Positions 37,281-47,520 of a stretch of 64,000 nucleotides of DNA are shown here, piece after piece (the stretch's first letter is position 1; each line of letters starts with the position of its first letter). The notes beneath the pieces were generated by a model. That model saw only the letters and a list, made by a program, of their open reading frames with translations. It was not told the DNA's origin and searched no databases. The translations under genes and the position numbers were made by a program. The stretch spans positions 62,001 to 126,000 of IMG/VR virus record IMGVR_UViG_3300008259_005066; one strand, written 5' to 3'.

Positions 37281-38404
37281 AGACTCATACCAGAAAAAGT
37301 AGCATCTGTGACATCCTGTTTGGTGCCGCCGATCACATAGGAAGTGATCTCAGTTTCTTGAGGTGCTACCTGCACTTCAGCACCTGCGATCCATTTGGCC
37401 GTCCATGGCAAAGGGTTGGATCCGCCGCGATAGCGATTGGGCAAACCAATGGCTGTCATGCGCTTGTGGGCGATCCACTCTACGTAATCGCACAACAACT
37501 GTTTGTTGAGACCGATCATGCTTCCGTCACGGAAAAGATACTCAGCCCACCGTTCTTCTTGTTCTACAGCTGACTCATACATGGTGATCATGTCGGCCTG
37601 TGTTTCTTGTTTGATTTTCACGTAATCTGGATCGTCTTGTGGCAACAGTTTAAGCAGAGTCTGTGTGAATCCTAGATGGACGTTTTCATCACGTGCGATC
37701 AGTTTGATGATCTTGGCATTGCCTTCCATCTTTTTCAACTCAGCAAATGCCCACGAGCAAGCGAACGAAACATAAAATCTTATGCCTTCCAACACATTGA
37801 CCGAGGCCACAGCCAACCATAGTCGTTTCTTCAGTTCATATTCAGTGATTTCCAGTGTCTTGCCGTTGACAGTGTGCCGGCCAACTCCCAACAGTTGATA
37901 GGCAGTGGAGTATTGTATGAGGTCATCATAGTATTTGGAACAGTCTGTTCCGCAGGTCACGATATCTTCGATGTCCAACATCTCATCAAATATCTTGCCG
38001 GGGTCGGAATAGATGTTGCGGATGATGTGTGTGTAACTACGGCTGTGTATGGTCTCATTGAAAGCCCAGGTCTCTATCCAGGTTTCTAATTCAGGCAGTG
38101 TAACCAAAGGCAAGAAGGCCAGATTGGGTGAACGACCTTGCACAGAATCCAGCAATATCTGGCGTTTGAGATTGCTGGTAAAGATGTGCTGTTCCCATGG
38201 TGTGAGATCCTTGAAATCCTTGGAGTCACGTAGCACATCTATTTCTTCTGGACGCCAGAAAAATCCCAACTGCTTGTCGGTGAGTTTGTCAAACTGACGA
38301 TACTTCAGTGTGTCATATCTTTGCATGCCTAGTCCGCCTTGAGGATCAAGAAAAGCCAAGCTCTTGGTGTGGTCACGATTCTTTTTTAGATTCAATACGC
38401 TCAT
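37277..38404 (-). CDS. nrdB: Ribonucleotide reductase class Ia beta subunit
   Basis: FFWRPEE, DSVQGR, ETIHSRSY, EGIRFY, DENVH. Confidence 0.98.
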   Translation of the reverse strand: MSVLNLKKNRDHTKSLAFLDPQGGLGMQRYDTLKYRQFDKLTDKQLGFFWRPEEIDVLRDSKDFKDLTPWEQHIFTSNLKRQILLDSVQGRSPNLAFLPLVTLPELETWIETWAFNETIHSRSYTHIIRNIYSDPGKIFDEMLDIEDIVTCGTDCSKYYDDLIQYSTAYQLLGVGRHTVNGKTLEITEYELKKRLWLAVASVNVLEGIRFYVSFACSWAFAELKKMEGNAKIIKLIARDENVHLGFTQTLLKLLPQDDPDYVKIKQETQADMITMYESAVEQEERWAEYLFRDGSMIGLNKQLLCDYVEWIAHKRMTAIGLPNRYRGGSNPLPWTAKWIAGAEVQVAPQETEITSYVIGGTKQDVTDATFSGMSL

Positions 38405-38416
38405 TTATTATTCTCT

Positions 38417-40726
38417 TTATATTTTGCAACTGTCGCAGTCTTCATCTGCTTGTATCGAAGTGTCGGGGGCTTCGATCAGGATTTCCTGTCTGTTCATCCG
38501 ATCTGCGTCGATCTCCCCCGAGCCATCATAGGTGTTGAAATAATACAACTGCTTGCCACCATACTTATAGAACATGATCATGTGCTTGAGCATGTCACTC
38601 ATAGGGATCTTCTCATCTTCAAAGTGCTGTGGATTGTATGATGTATTCACAGAGATGCCTTGGTCGATATACTTCTGCAAGATAGCCATGATGCGTAGAT
38701 AGCCTTCGGGGCTTTTCTGATCCCACAGCAGTTCATACTTATTTTTGAGTTTGCGATATTCGGGCACTACTTGTTTGAGCACACCATCTTTGCTCTGCTT
38801 GATGGAAACATAACTGCGAGGAGGTTCCACACCATTGGTAGAGTTAGATATCTGTGCTGACGTCTCTGCTGGCATCAAGGCCATCAAGGTAGAATTCCGG
38901 ATGCCGTGTTTTTGTAACTGCTGACGCAGACCTTTCCAGTCCACTAGATCTCGATGCGGCACCAACTCGTCCACATCACGTTTGTAGGTATCCACGGGCA
39001 AGATGCCATCGTGATATCGGGTTTCAGGACTGCGAGGACAGGCGCCAAACTCTTGTGCTAGATCCGCTGATGCTTTGATGAGATAGTATGACCAGTGTTG
39101 CGCCCAACGATCCACTTCAGGCAGTGCTCCGGGGTCACTGTAACTTAGATCGTTCTTGGCCAACCAATAGGCCAGGTTGATGATGCCCACTCCTAGAGGT
39201 CTGCGATTTTCTGTGGCGATCTGCGCGGCCAGGATAGGATAGTTCTGATAACTCAACAATGCATCCAGACCTCGCACAGCCAAAGTGCAGGCACGTTCCA
39301 TGTCTTCGGGATCACGGAACACACCCCAGTTGATGGCGCTGAGTGTGCATAACGCGATCTCGCCGTCCTTGTCATGCACATCATTGAGTGGTTTGGTAGG
39401 TAAGGTGATCTCACAGCAGAGATTGCTCATTTTAATAGGCGCCAAGTCTGGCTTGAACGAGCCGTGAGTGTTGGCGTGATCAACGTTCTGGAGATAGATG
39501 CGTCCGGTATCTTTGCGCTCTTGCATGAATGCCGTGAACAGGTCGATGGCCTTGAGCTTTTTCTTACGGAGTTTGGTGTTGCGTTCGGCTGTTTCATACA
39601 GTTCACGGAAACGTTCCACATCAGTGAAGAAGGCTTCATACATCTCGGGCACATCATGCGGTGAGAACAGCGTGATATCCCCACCAGTCAACAGTCGCTC
39701 ATACATGACTTTGTTGAATTGCACACCATAGTCCATGTGGCGCACACGATTGTCTTCAGTGCCTTTGTTGTTCTTTAGCACCAGGAGATCTTCTACTTCG
39801 TAGTGCCAGATGGGATAATAAAGAGTGGCGGCTCCATTGCGCACGCCGCCTTGGCTACACGAGCGGGTAGCCGCCTGAAACATTTTGTAAAAAGGAATAA
39901 CACCTGTGTGATAAGCATCTCCATTGCGGATGGGTGACCCCAACGCACGTATGCGTCCTCCGCCGATGCCAATACCGGCTTTTTGGCTCACATACTTGAC
40001 CACGCTGGAAGAAGTGGCATTGATTGAATCAAGGCTGTCAGCGGTCTCGATCAGCACACATGATGAGAATTGACGGATAGGAGTGCGCACGCCGGCCATG
40101 ACCGGAGTGGGCAGTGATACCTGATGTGTGGAAATAGCGTCATAATAATCTCGCACCCACATCATGCGGCTTTCTCTTGGATAGTGTTGGAACAGCGTGG
40201 CCGCTATCAACACATAGGCCATCTGCGGAGTTTCAAACAGCTCCTTGGTCACACGATTCTGCACCAGATACTTGCCACGGAACTGTTCCATGGCCGCATA
40301 GGTCAGTTGTTCATCACGATCATGTCGAATGAATGAGTTGATGCGATCCCACTCATCATCGTTGTAGGCAGTGAGCAGTTCCGCGTCATAGAATCCTGCG
40401 GTGACATTTTTCTCGACCAGCTGCCGGATTGGCCAAGGTTGGAACTGGCCGTATACTTGTTTGCGTATATGGTAGCAGATCAGTCGGCCGGCCACAAACT
40501 GATAGTTGGGAGTGTCTTCAGTGATGAGATCCGCGGCGCTCTTGATCAGAGTCTCCTGGATGTCTGCGGTTTTCATTCCATTGTAAAACTGTATGTGACT
40601 TTTAATTTCTACTTCGCTGGCGCTTACGCCTGTGATGCCTTCTGTGGCCCAAAATACTACTTTATGCAACTTCTCGAGATCCAGAGGCTCCTTGCTTCCG
40701 TCTCTCTTTGTGATTTGTATGCTCAT
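38417..40726 (-). CDS. nrdA: Ribonucleotide reductase class Ia alpha subunit
   Basis: ATP cone, SSCVL, SNLCCEI, LYY, C-terminal CDSC. Confidence 0.98.
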   Translation of the reverse strand: MSIQITKRDGSKEPLDLEKLHKVVFWATEGITGVSASEVEIKSHIQFYNGMKTADIQETLIKSAADLITEDTPNYQFVAGRLICYHIRKQVYGQFQPWPIRQLVEKNVTAGFYDAELLTAYNDDEWDRINSFIRHDRDEQLTYAAMEQFRGKYLVQNRVTKELFETPQMAYVLIAATLFQHYPRESRMMWVRDYYDAISTHQVSLPTPVMAGVRTPIRQFSSCVLIETADSLDSINATSSSVVKYVSQKAGIGIGGGRIRALGSPIRNGDAYHTGVIPFYKMFQAATRSCSQGGVRNGAATLYYPIWHYEVEDLLVLKNNKGTEDNRVRHMDYGVQFNKVMYERLLTGGDITLFSPHDVPEMYEAFFTDVERFRELYETAERNTKLRKKKLKAIDLFTAFMQERKDTGRIYLQNVDHANTHGSFKPDLAPIKMSNLCCEITLPTKPLNDVHDKDGEIALCTLSAINWGVFRDPEDMERACTLAVRGLDALLSYQNYPILAAQIATENRRPLGVGIINLAYWLAKNDLSYSDPGALPEVDRWAQHWSYYLIKASADLAQEFGACPRSPETRYHDGILPVDTYKRDVDELVPHRDLVDWKGLRQQLQKHGIRNSTLMALMPAETSAQISNSTNGVEPPRSYVSIKQSKDGVLKQVVPEYRKLKNKYELLWDQKSPEGYLRIMAILQKYIDQGISVNTSYNPQHFEDEKIPMSDMLKHMIMFYKYGGKQLYYFNTYDGSGEIDADRMNRQEILIEAPDTSIQADEDCDSCKI

Positions 40727-40733
40727 CGCTACC

Positions 40734-41165
40734 TCAATTGATTTTTTTTGTGACTGCTCGTGAATCCACGCTCTTCTTGATATTGACTGCTGGTGATGTG
40801 ATATTTAACAACTGCCCGGCTTCCCAATTCAGTATATATTTTCCCTCATTGACCAGGACTAAATTGTCCGCTGATTCGCCATTTACGGCTATTTCCACCT
40901 GGGTTATGTCTGATCTTGCCATCATATGTAGAGTATACACTATGCCCAGTGCTTTTGCAAGACTGCAGAAATGATTATCGGACAAAAGATCCCAGGGGTC
41001 CGGCCAATCGGCCATGTCATCCCAGTGGAGGTAATACGGAACCCATGGGCACTGTTGCCACCAATCATTCACTGCCAATAGGCATTGATCTAAGTCATTG
41101 CTGAGGTTGGCCTCTCTCAGTTGATACCAAGAAGCCAATCGGTCTTCATACCGGTTGGGCCACAC
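40734..41165 (-). CDS. Hypothetical protein, transglutaminase-like Cys peptidase fold candidate
   Basis: VNDWW...WPDPWDL...FCSLAKAL. Confidence 0.55.
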   Translation of the reverse strand: MWPNRYEDRLASWYQLREANLSNDLDQCLLAVNDWWQQCPWVPYYLHWDDMADWPDPWDLLSDNHFCSLAKALGIVYTLHMMARSDITQVEIAVNGESADNLVLVNEGKYILNWEAGQLLNITSPAVNIKKSVDSRAVTKKIN

Positions 41166-41167
41166 AG

Positions 41168-42778
41168 TTATCCTAGAGTGCTAACAGCGTATCGGAAACG
41201 GCCATTGGCCGTGATGGTGTAAGAGACTTCGATGTCAGAACCTACCTGGCTCACAGAAAGCGTGAGTCCGACAGGACCATTTTCAGTATAGTCATCAGTG
41301 AAAGACACAGGAAAAGTAGAACTGTCATCTATGTCTTCAGATACAATGACCAAGGTGCCGTAACGGACCTGAGTGGTTACTAGATCTTTGAAATTGTATC
41401 GCACTTCAAATGCTGAACCCAGCGCGGCAGGCAATGTCAACAAGGTGCCACTACCAACAGTTTTGTCTACCAGCACACCAGCTTCTTGTACCAAGGTGCC
41501 AAAGCGATATCTCTCGCCGGCTTCCATGGCAAAGACTTTTTTGTTGTCGATATTGATACGTGCTTTTAATTCATCTGCTGAAGAATCACGCTCAAACATA
41601 TCGCCAAAACTTACATTGTTGTCTGTGTCGATCAGTATGACGTTGAAATTGTCGGCGGCAGGATAGGCGCCGCCACGGAATTTGGTGGCCACGTCCAGGA
41701 ACATGTTGAATCCAGACATGTTGTTTTGCGCACCATCGATCTCGATGCCTTCGGCATAGATAGCGTCGAACAAGTTCTGTGTGATGCGGAAACCCTGCGG
41801 TCCTATATAGCCCGCAGTACCAGCACCAGTTCCTGTCAACAGCACACCTTGATACAGCGTGTTGAATTTGCTGTCAGTGACAGTGATACCAGAGATGGCA
41901 GCATCGCTGGATAAACCATAGGTCAGTCCTGAAAATTCGCAGGCCGTGAACGAAATATTCTCTGTGGGATAAGTTGTCGTGGATCCGAATGTGGCACCTG
42001 AGATGTCGTCTACATCGGTGTCAAGTTCGGCCTGCACCAATGGTCCAATGAATGCCACGTCTTGGAACAACACATTGGTGGCTTCCTGGATCGACACTAT
42101 GTTGAGTGTTTCTGCGGACTGGAAGCCCATGTCATAGATTTCTATGTTGGTAGGTGCAGTGGCATTGTTGTTGCCGATGTTGGGATAGACCTGCTGTAGA
42201 CTGTCTGCGGTCTGGGCCACATAAGTAGCAGTCAACGTGCTGTCACCAGTGGTGTCCAAGAATATGACCGAACTGCGGGCACCTTCGCCGTATAATTTAC
42301 AGAACGGGGGGATCTTTATGGTGGAAGTCACACGATACACACCAGCAGGGAAGAATATGCTACGTCTCACCTGTGGATTCTGTTCGCGGCAGAACATCTG
42401 GAACAGGGCACGGTTGATAGCATCAGTGTCGTCGCTGTCTCCGTCGCCCGTGGCACCAAAATCTTTGATCGATGCCATGTCATCCAGTTTGGATTGCAGT
42501 GTGCGCTCGATGGGGTCACCTGGTGTGGGGCCGGTCTGCACAGTGTATCCACCGGCTTCACCTTTGTAGGTGTAGGCTCCAGCTATGGCGAATATGTCAG
42601 AATATTGGGTGAGGATTTCAGTGTTGCCAATGGCAGGAGCACCTTCTTGTATGGTGCCATTGCCGATGAACAATCTGCGCTGGTCGATGACCCAGCCAAA
42701 CTCTGCGCCCGCTAGTTGCGGTAGATTTTCACTTAGACCTTTGCGTTGCGTGATACGCGATATCTGAACTATTGCCAT
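41168..42778 (-). CDS. Tail fibre/spike protein with pectate-lyase-like beta-helix
   Basis: SIKDFGATGDG..DDTDAINRA, FFPAGVY; N-terminal LPQLAGAEFGW. Confidence 0.82.
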   Translation of the reverse strand: MAIVQISRITQRKGLSENLPQLAGAEFGWVIDQRRLFIGNGTIQEGAPAIGNTEILTQYSDIFAIAGAYTYKGEAGGYTVQTGPTPGDPIERTLQSKLDDMASIKDFGATGDGDSDDTDAINRALFQMFCREQNPQVRRSIFFPAGVYRVTSTIKIPPFCKLYGEGARSSVIFLDTTGDSTLTATYVAQTADSLQQVYPNIGNNNATAPTNIEIYDMGFQSAETLNIVSIQEATNVLFQDVAFIGPLVQAELDTDVDDISGATFGSTTTYPTENISFTACEFSGLTYGLSSDAAISGITVTDSKFNTLYQGVLLTGTGAGTAGYIGPQGFRITQNLFDAIYAEGIEIDGAQNNMSGFNMFLDVATKFRGGAYPAADNFNVILIDTDNNVSFGDMFERDSSADELKARINIDNKKVFAMEAGERYRFGTLVQEAGVLVDKTVGSGTLLTLPAALGSAFEVRYNFKDLVTTQVRYGTLVIVSEDIDDSSTFPVSFTDDYTENGPVGLTLSVSQVGSDIEVSYTITANGRFRYAVSTLG

Positions 42779-42798
42779 TCCACTCTCCGATTACCTAT

Positions 42799-43512
42799 TT
42801 ATGCGGTCAAGTAATAGAGCTCCAGGCGCCGCCACCACTGCTGTTCCCAATAATCAAAATCCGCCTCTTCCAGCACGAATTCCTGATATTCTGGGGGTTT
42901 TGTGATAGTAAACTGTGTGTCTATTTCAGGTTTTACACACATCAGCACCACGCCCTTGCGTATGCGGGTGCCATGCACTTCGTTGTGGGCCAGGGCATAG
43001 GCCACCAGTTGCAGGAAGTAATCTTCGATCCACTCCCGGCGCTTGGGTTTGTTGGTTTGTTTGTAATCTAGGATGCTTTGGCTGCCAAGATGGATTCCAG
43101 CACCGTCCGAAGTTCCTGCATAGAGATTGGGAAAGTAAAGCGGTATTTCCACACCCCAAAATTCTTCAACATTTTTAAGTCCTTGTTCAATCACTGTCAT
43201 GGCCATGGCATGACTGCTCCAGGCATAGGGATTAGTGCCCGCTGGTTTTATTTCACCGGTCTTGACATAGTGCTCAAGATATGTATGCATACGGGTTCCG
43301 CGATTGGCGGCCTCCGTGGTAATTTGCTGTGCTTGGGCCTCACCCACACGCTTTTTCCAATTGGCCAAAGCCTGTTTCTTTTCTTCGGGCTTGGTACGGT
43401 CAAGTATGGTAGTAACTGATGGTAACTTTTTACCATCGGGAGTGAGATACAGTCGTCGCCCATCTTCGCTGGTGCGATTCAAGGGCTCGTAGTTAAATTT
43501 TTGAATATACAA
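42799..43512 (-). CDS. PD-(D/E)XK exonuclease
   Basis: PSVTTIL, RGT.MH, AGTSD, LDYK, QL.AY; probable TTG start. Confidence 0.88.
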   Translation of the reverse strand: MYIQKFNYEPLNRTSEDGRRLYLTPDGKKLPSVTTILDRTKPEEKKQALANWKKRVGEAQAQQITTEAANRGTRMHTYLEHYVKTGEIKPAGTNPYAWSSHAMAMTVIEQGLKNVEEFWGVEIPLYFPNLYAGTSDGAGIHLGSQSILDYKQTNKPKRREWIEDYFLQLVAYALAHNEVHGTRIRKGVVLMCVKPEIDTQFTITKPPEYQEFVLEEADFDYWEQQWWRRLELYYLTA

Positions 43513-43514
43513 TA

Positions 43515-43844
43515 TTAGACTCGGAAACTTTCTCCGCAACCACAGCGGTCGCGTTCGTTAGGGTTGATGAAATCAAATCCTTCGTTGAGGCCGTTTTTGA
43601 CCCATGCCATGGTCATGCCTTCGAGATAAGGACGATGCTTGGGATCCACATATATGCGCACACCGTTGATGTCATAGTGTGCCACGCAGTGCTCTCGCCC
43701 TTGATCCGTATCCACGTATTCCAGGGTATAGGCCAGACCCGAACAGCCTGTGGTGCGCACACCAATCTTGATGCCTAGGCCGCGTCCACGTCGGGCGATG
43801 TTTTCCTTAACGCGGCAGGCCGCTTCATCAGTGACTGTGATCAT
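43515..43844 (-). CDS. iscA: Fe-S cluster A-type carrier
   Basis: GCSGLAY, NPN, CGCGESF. Confidence 0.96.
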   Translation of the reverse strand: MITVTDEAACRVKENIARRGRGLGIKIGVRTTGCSGLAYTLEYVDTDQGREHCVAHYDINGVRIYVDPKHRPYLEGMTMAWVKNGLNEGFDFINPNERDRCGCGESFRV

Positions 43845-44220
43845 GTTTTTTGCGATAGTCTTCTATGGCAGCCTTGATGGCATCCTCGGCCAAGATGGAG
43901 CAGTGGATCTTGACTGGTGGCAATGCTAGTTCTTCTGCGATTTGGCTGTTTCGGATTGTTCCTGCTTCATCAAGGGTTTTGCCTTTGACCCATTCTGTGA
44001 CCAGGCTCGAGCTCGCGATAGCCGATCCGCAGCCATACGTTTTAAAGCGTGCATCTGTAATAATACCTGTATCATCGTCCACCTTGATCTGTAATTTCAT
44101 TACATCCCCGCAAGCAGGTGCCCCAACCATACCAGTGCCAACGGTAGGATCAGACTTATCAAGAGCACCAACATTACGGGGGTTTTCATAGTGATCAATG
44201 ACCTTTTCTGAATAAGCCAT
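43828..44220 (-). CDS. iscU: Fe-S cluster scaffold
   Basis: MAYSEKVIDHYENPRNVG, ACGD, GCGSA, LPPVKIHC. Confidence 0.98.
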   Translation of the reverse strand: MAYSEKVIDHYENPRNVGALDKSDPTVGTGMVGAPACGDVMKLQIKVDDDTGIITDARFKTYGCGSAIASSSLVTEWVKGKTLDEAGTIRNSQIAEELALPPVKIHCSILAEDAIKAAIEDYRKKHDHSH

Positions 44221-44251
44221 ATCTACCTCCTATGTTAGTATACAGTAGTAT

Positions 44252-44587
44252 TTACTTGATGTCAATGGCCCGTTTGGCCATTTGGTTGACTTTTTTGCGG
44301 GCTTGATCCACTGACATGGTTTCGCCATCTGGTGTGATGGTTTGGGAACCTTTCCAGATGATATCATCACCCTGGATATTGGCGATGATATTGTTGAGTG
44401 GTGGTTGCGTAGACAAGGTCATCAAGCGTTCCCGATCCATGTTGATACCATTTTCTCTGGCTAGATCTATAAAGGCATCTACATTGTAAGGTTTGACCGC
44501 GGCTGTGTCCTGGGCTCGTTTGAGCAAAAACTGGCCTATGGCGGCCAGTCTCTGCACTGAGGGATCCTGGAACTCTCGGATCAGCAT
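44252..44587 (-). CDS. Hypothetical protein
   Basis: 111-aa ORF starting MLIREF. Confidence 0.7.
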   Translation of the reverse strand: MLIREFQDPSVQRLAAIGQFLLKRAQDTAAVKPYNVDAFIDLARENGINMDRERLMTLSTQPPLNNIIANIQGDDIIWKGSQTITPDGETMSVDQARKKVNQMAKRAIDIK

Positions 44588-44588
44588 G

Positions 44589-45596
44589 TTATCTACGCTC
44601 GCGGCCTAATGCTCGGGCTGGTAGTTCTTCAGCATCTACATCGAGATTGGCATCTAGGCTGAGGTCTGGAGTTTCACCGGTGTCAGCACCGGATACATCT
44701 CCGGTAGGAAGGGTAGCGGCTCCTGCGGCGCCAGCATCTTGTCCGGGAACCACTGGGGCTTGACCTGTGAGCACACCTTGTGCGGTTTCCAGCTGGGTCT
44801 TGGAACCCTGGAGGCCCTGGATGAGACCTTGTAGTGCGGCTGTGCAATCATTGTTAAACTGTTGTGCTTGATCCATACCAAGATCGTTACGGATCGAATC
44901 TACAAGTGCTGGCAAATCTTTGAACTGCATGGCCGAAACTTGTTCAATCATTTTTTGAACTTGGTCAACCATGTCTTGTGCGGCCAATACCACTTGAGCC
45001 TGTTGTATCTCGCTGGCTTCTTTGAGCCGGCGTGCTCGTTTGCCTTCCATGGCTGATGCCGTGGCTGTTTTCAACATCTGTTGTAGACGTGTGGCCTGCT
45101 GAGGATCTTTCATGGCAGCACCAATGCCAGCGGCAAAACCTGCCATGGCTTTCTTTTGGGTCTGATCCAAGGTCTTGCCCAGGGCGGCCTGTGATACTGC
45201 GCGAGCCAAAGGATTGGCCTGCGTGCCAGTGGCGGCAGCGGCTTTGCGTATTCCGCCCGACATAGATTTGGCGTCTGCTTGTGCGGCGGCAGCGGCCTGT
45301 CGTGGATCTTGTTGTGCCATGGCCATGCCAGGAGCGGCACCAGGTTGAGATTCTCGTATCCTGGACTCTAGAGCCTGTTCCATGACCACCATCTTTAGAT
45401 AAGCAGGATTCTTTTCACTGCGATGGAATTGTGGTGTGCCACGATGCTCACGGATCAGCCCGCGGATTTTTTTCAACATCTCTTTGGCCGTCTTGACGCT
45501 GACAGCGCCGACGTCTAACTGTTGACCAAAGTAACTTTCAAGCACTTTGCGTGTTTGTTGTGTTTTGGTTTTTGAGTCCAATTCTTGCAGTTTCAT
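44589..45596 (-). CDS. Helical protein, putative head scaffold/internal protein
   Basis: A/Q-rich helices, L-x-E sites, TAAATA upstream. Confidence 0.6.
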   Translation of the reverse strand: MKLQELDSKTKTQQTRKVLESYFGQQLDVGAVSVKTAKEMLKKIRGLIREHRGTPQFHRSEKNPAYLKMVVMEQALESRIRESQPGAAPGMAMAQQDPRQAAAAAQADAKSMSGGIRKAAAATGTQANPLARAVSQAALGKTLDQTQKKAMAGFAAGIGAAMKDPQQATRLQQMLKTATASAMEGKRARRLKEASEIQQAQVVLAAQDMVDQVQKMIEQVSAMQFKDLPALVDSIRNDLGMDQAQQFNNDCTAALQGLIQGLQGSKTQLETAQGVLTGQAPVVPGQDAGAAGAATLPTGDVSGADTGETPDLSLDANLDVDAEELPARALGRERR

Positions 45597-46029
45597 CTTT
45601 GAATCCTTTTTGTTGCCAGTATTTAGCCAGATTTACGCATTTGTCCAAGTGTTCTTGCAACCACTTCAAGCGTGTGTGGCTGTGTTGCAATCTGTCTTCC
45701 AGCACATATTTACGCTCAGTGTCTGTGGTGGTTTCTATCATGTGCCGGAAATATCTGATCTCATCTCTGCGGCGTTCTATTTCTTGATCAAACAGCATGA
45801 TCTCTTGTGTGAGGGTGAATTTGCCCAGTTTGTCGGCTATGCACCATGCCAGGGCCAGGCGTGCAGAACTGGGGCATGCGGCCAATGTGGCTCCACGATA
45901 CACTTCAAAATACTGGGCCTGTTTGACGATAGTATAGCGTCCAAATGCTTGATACCCATCGTTGACTGGCAGTATTGAGTTGGGATTGGCAAATACCTGT
46001 CTTGCTATGCGATCCAGCGTGGATTCCAC
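45538..46029 (-). CDS. Hypothetical protein (start uncertain)
   Basis: 3' part of ORF 45538-46344; the 5' part overlaps a better gene. Confidence 0.55.
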   Translation of the reverse strand: MESTLDRIARQVFANPNSILPVNDGYQAFGRYTIVKQAQYFEVYRGATLAACPSSARLALAWCIADKLGKFTLTQEIMLFDQEIERRRDEIRYFRHMIETTTDTERKYVLEDRLQHSHTRLKWLQEHLDKCVNLAKYWQQKGFKDETARIGLKNQNTTNTQSA

Positions 46030-46040
46030 GCGGTCTATGA

Positions 46041-46304
46041 TTATTTGATCACGTATGTGGTTATCATCCAGCCCAGGCTGGCCAGCAGGAACCCGATTAT
46101 TCCTATGCCCCACGATATGATCTGATCCGTGCGCTTGTCGGCCATTCTTTGCATCATGTCGTGAATCTCTCTGATCACGGTTTCGGTCTGTGTTACCTTT
46201 TGCTCCACGTTTTCCAGTTTTTCTTCCAGAAACTTGTATCTCTCCGCGCACAGTTCCACGTGAGTTTCTAGGCTTTTCTTTTCGATGTCCGTGGTCGTGA
46301 CCAT
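46041..46304 (-). CDS. Coiled-coil protein with C-terminal TM
   Basis: TATAAATA upstream; LETHVELCAERY; TM. Confidence 0.75.
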   Translation of the reverse strand: MVTTTDIEKKSLETHVELCAERYKFLEEKLENVEQKVTQTETVIREIHDMMQRMADKRTDQIISWGIGIIGFLLASLGWMITTYVIK

Positions 46305-46336
46305 GATCTTCCTTCGTTATGGATTTATTTATAGAT

Positions 46337-46768
46337 TTAGGCATGATATATGGTGTTGGGGCTGTCCCCTAATGTTATGATCCTGGGTTCGAGATCAGAT
46401 GTTTCTTCTAGATCAATGATCATGGGTGTGCTGTCACTGTCCTGTTTAAGCACCCAAAATTCATCACCATCCACCAACCATTGCGCCTGCGGTTCTATCT
46501 CAAAATCAAAGTGCCAGGTTCGTTGATTGCCAAAGGGCCCTGTGTCCTGCACAGTGGGATCGCTGACATTGAACATTTGGGTGCGCAGTCCGATCAACTG
46601 CAATAAGGTGTCAAAATTCCTTTGTTGATTGCGTGCTCGTGCCAAGGACGCTGGGTCTGCCATGGTCAGTCCGTTGCGACTCACATAAGGAAACTGTGCG
46701 GCTTTGACGTGCCCATTTATCCCAGTAGCAGTGATATCAAACAAGGTATAGCATTCAATCTTTTGCAT
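46337..46768 (-). CDS. Hypothetical protein
   Basis: 143-aa ORF. Confidence 0.7.
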   Translation of the reverse strand: MQKIECYTLFDITATGINGHVKAAQFPYVSRNGLTMADPASLARARNQQRNFDTLLQLIGLRTQMFNVSDPTVQDTGPFGNQRTWHFDFEIEPQAQWLVDGDEFWVLKQDSDSTPMIIDLEETSDLEPRIITLGDSPNTIYHA

Positions 46769-46997
46769 ACTTGAGACTGTAGTAGATCCGTAGTTGATCC
46801 AACATCTGCTGTAGGGCAGGATCTTGCTGGGCTCTGCGCCGTATATCGCCCCACAGTTTGTCTTCTTTCAAGGCAGCCAGTTTGTCCTGGGTTTCCTGAT
46901 CGATGGATACCAATTCTCTATCCAGTTTGCCAGGATGCCTGCGATAGATAGTGTGTCCACCATCAGGACTTTCATATACGTATCGTTGATCTGCCAT
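46755..46997 (-). CDS. Hypothetical protein
   Basis: YVYESPDGG.TIYRR; TAAATA 5 nt upstream. Confidence 0.7.
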   Translation of the reverse strand: MADQRYVYESPDGGHTIYRRHPGKLDRELVSIDQETQDKLAALKEDKLWGDIRRRAQQDPALQQMLDQLRIYYSLKYAKD

Positions 46998-47014
46998 GCG
47001 GGTATTTAAGCCAC

Positions 47015-47044
47015 AAAAAAACCCTAGTTAAAGAACTAGGGTTT
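47015..47044 (-). terminator. Rho-independent terminator
   Basis: AAACCCTAGTT-cttt-AACTAGGGTTTTTTT. Confidence 0.85.
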
Positions 47045-47065
47045 CTTCTATACCAAAACTACAGA

Positions 47066-47449
47066 TTAGGTTGTGAGTTTGAAACCAGCGTTTGTGGCTG
47101 AGTCTAACTGGAAACCTGTGTAGGTGATGTTGGCTGCTGACAAGAAAGCGGCAGCGTTTGCGAATGCGCCTGTAGGATATACAGCCACTGACAATGCTAC
47201 GCCGTCAACTTGATACATAGCAACTGTGGATGTTTGCTGGATAGCCTGGATCACGTTTGCAACGTATTCTGCTACACCGCCTTCGCCGTTGATGCTGTTG
47301 TTAGCAACTGCACGGAAGAAGTCAAGTTTTGGACCTTGAGGCTGGACAGGAACACCGGCCAACGAAGTGGAAGGTGCGACTGGACCATTCTGTGTGTCTA
47401 GCGCGAATACTGGTTGCGAATCACCATTGGTGCGTGTAAATTGTGCCAT
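47066..47449 (-). CDS. Putative abundant virion structural protein
   Basis: Own TATAAATA promoter, strong SD and terminator; small A/G/T-rich protein. Confidence 0.65.
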   Translation of the reverse strand: MAQFTRTNGDSQPVFALDTQNGPVAPSTSLAGVPVQPQGPKLDFFRAVANNSINGEGGVAEYVANVIQAIQQTSTVAMYQVDGVALSVAVYPTGAFANAAAFLSAANITYTGFQLDSATNAGFKLTT

Positions 47450-47520
47450 TTTAAATCTCCTAATAAGTGGCCTTAGCGGGCCTACTTTTATTTATACCGA
47501 AATGGTGAAATCGGGGGCTA

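Noticed and set aside
37277-40726. Introns or inteins in nrdA/nrdB (also checked helicase and ligase)
   Set aside because: Proteins are of normal length with contiguous motifs
42799-43512. Cas4 / CRISPR adaptation gene
   Set aside because: No four-Cys Fe-S motif and no cas genes or array; an ordinary phage PD-(D/E)XK exonuclease
46030-46344. 5' extension of ORF 45538-46344, and similar extensions of aceA, the desaturase and 47521-49506
   Set aside because: They overlap better-supported genes or promoters; downstream starts have an SD or stop/start coupling in most cases
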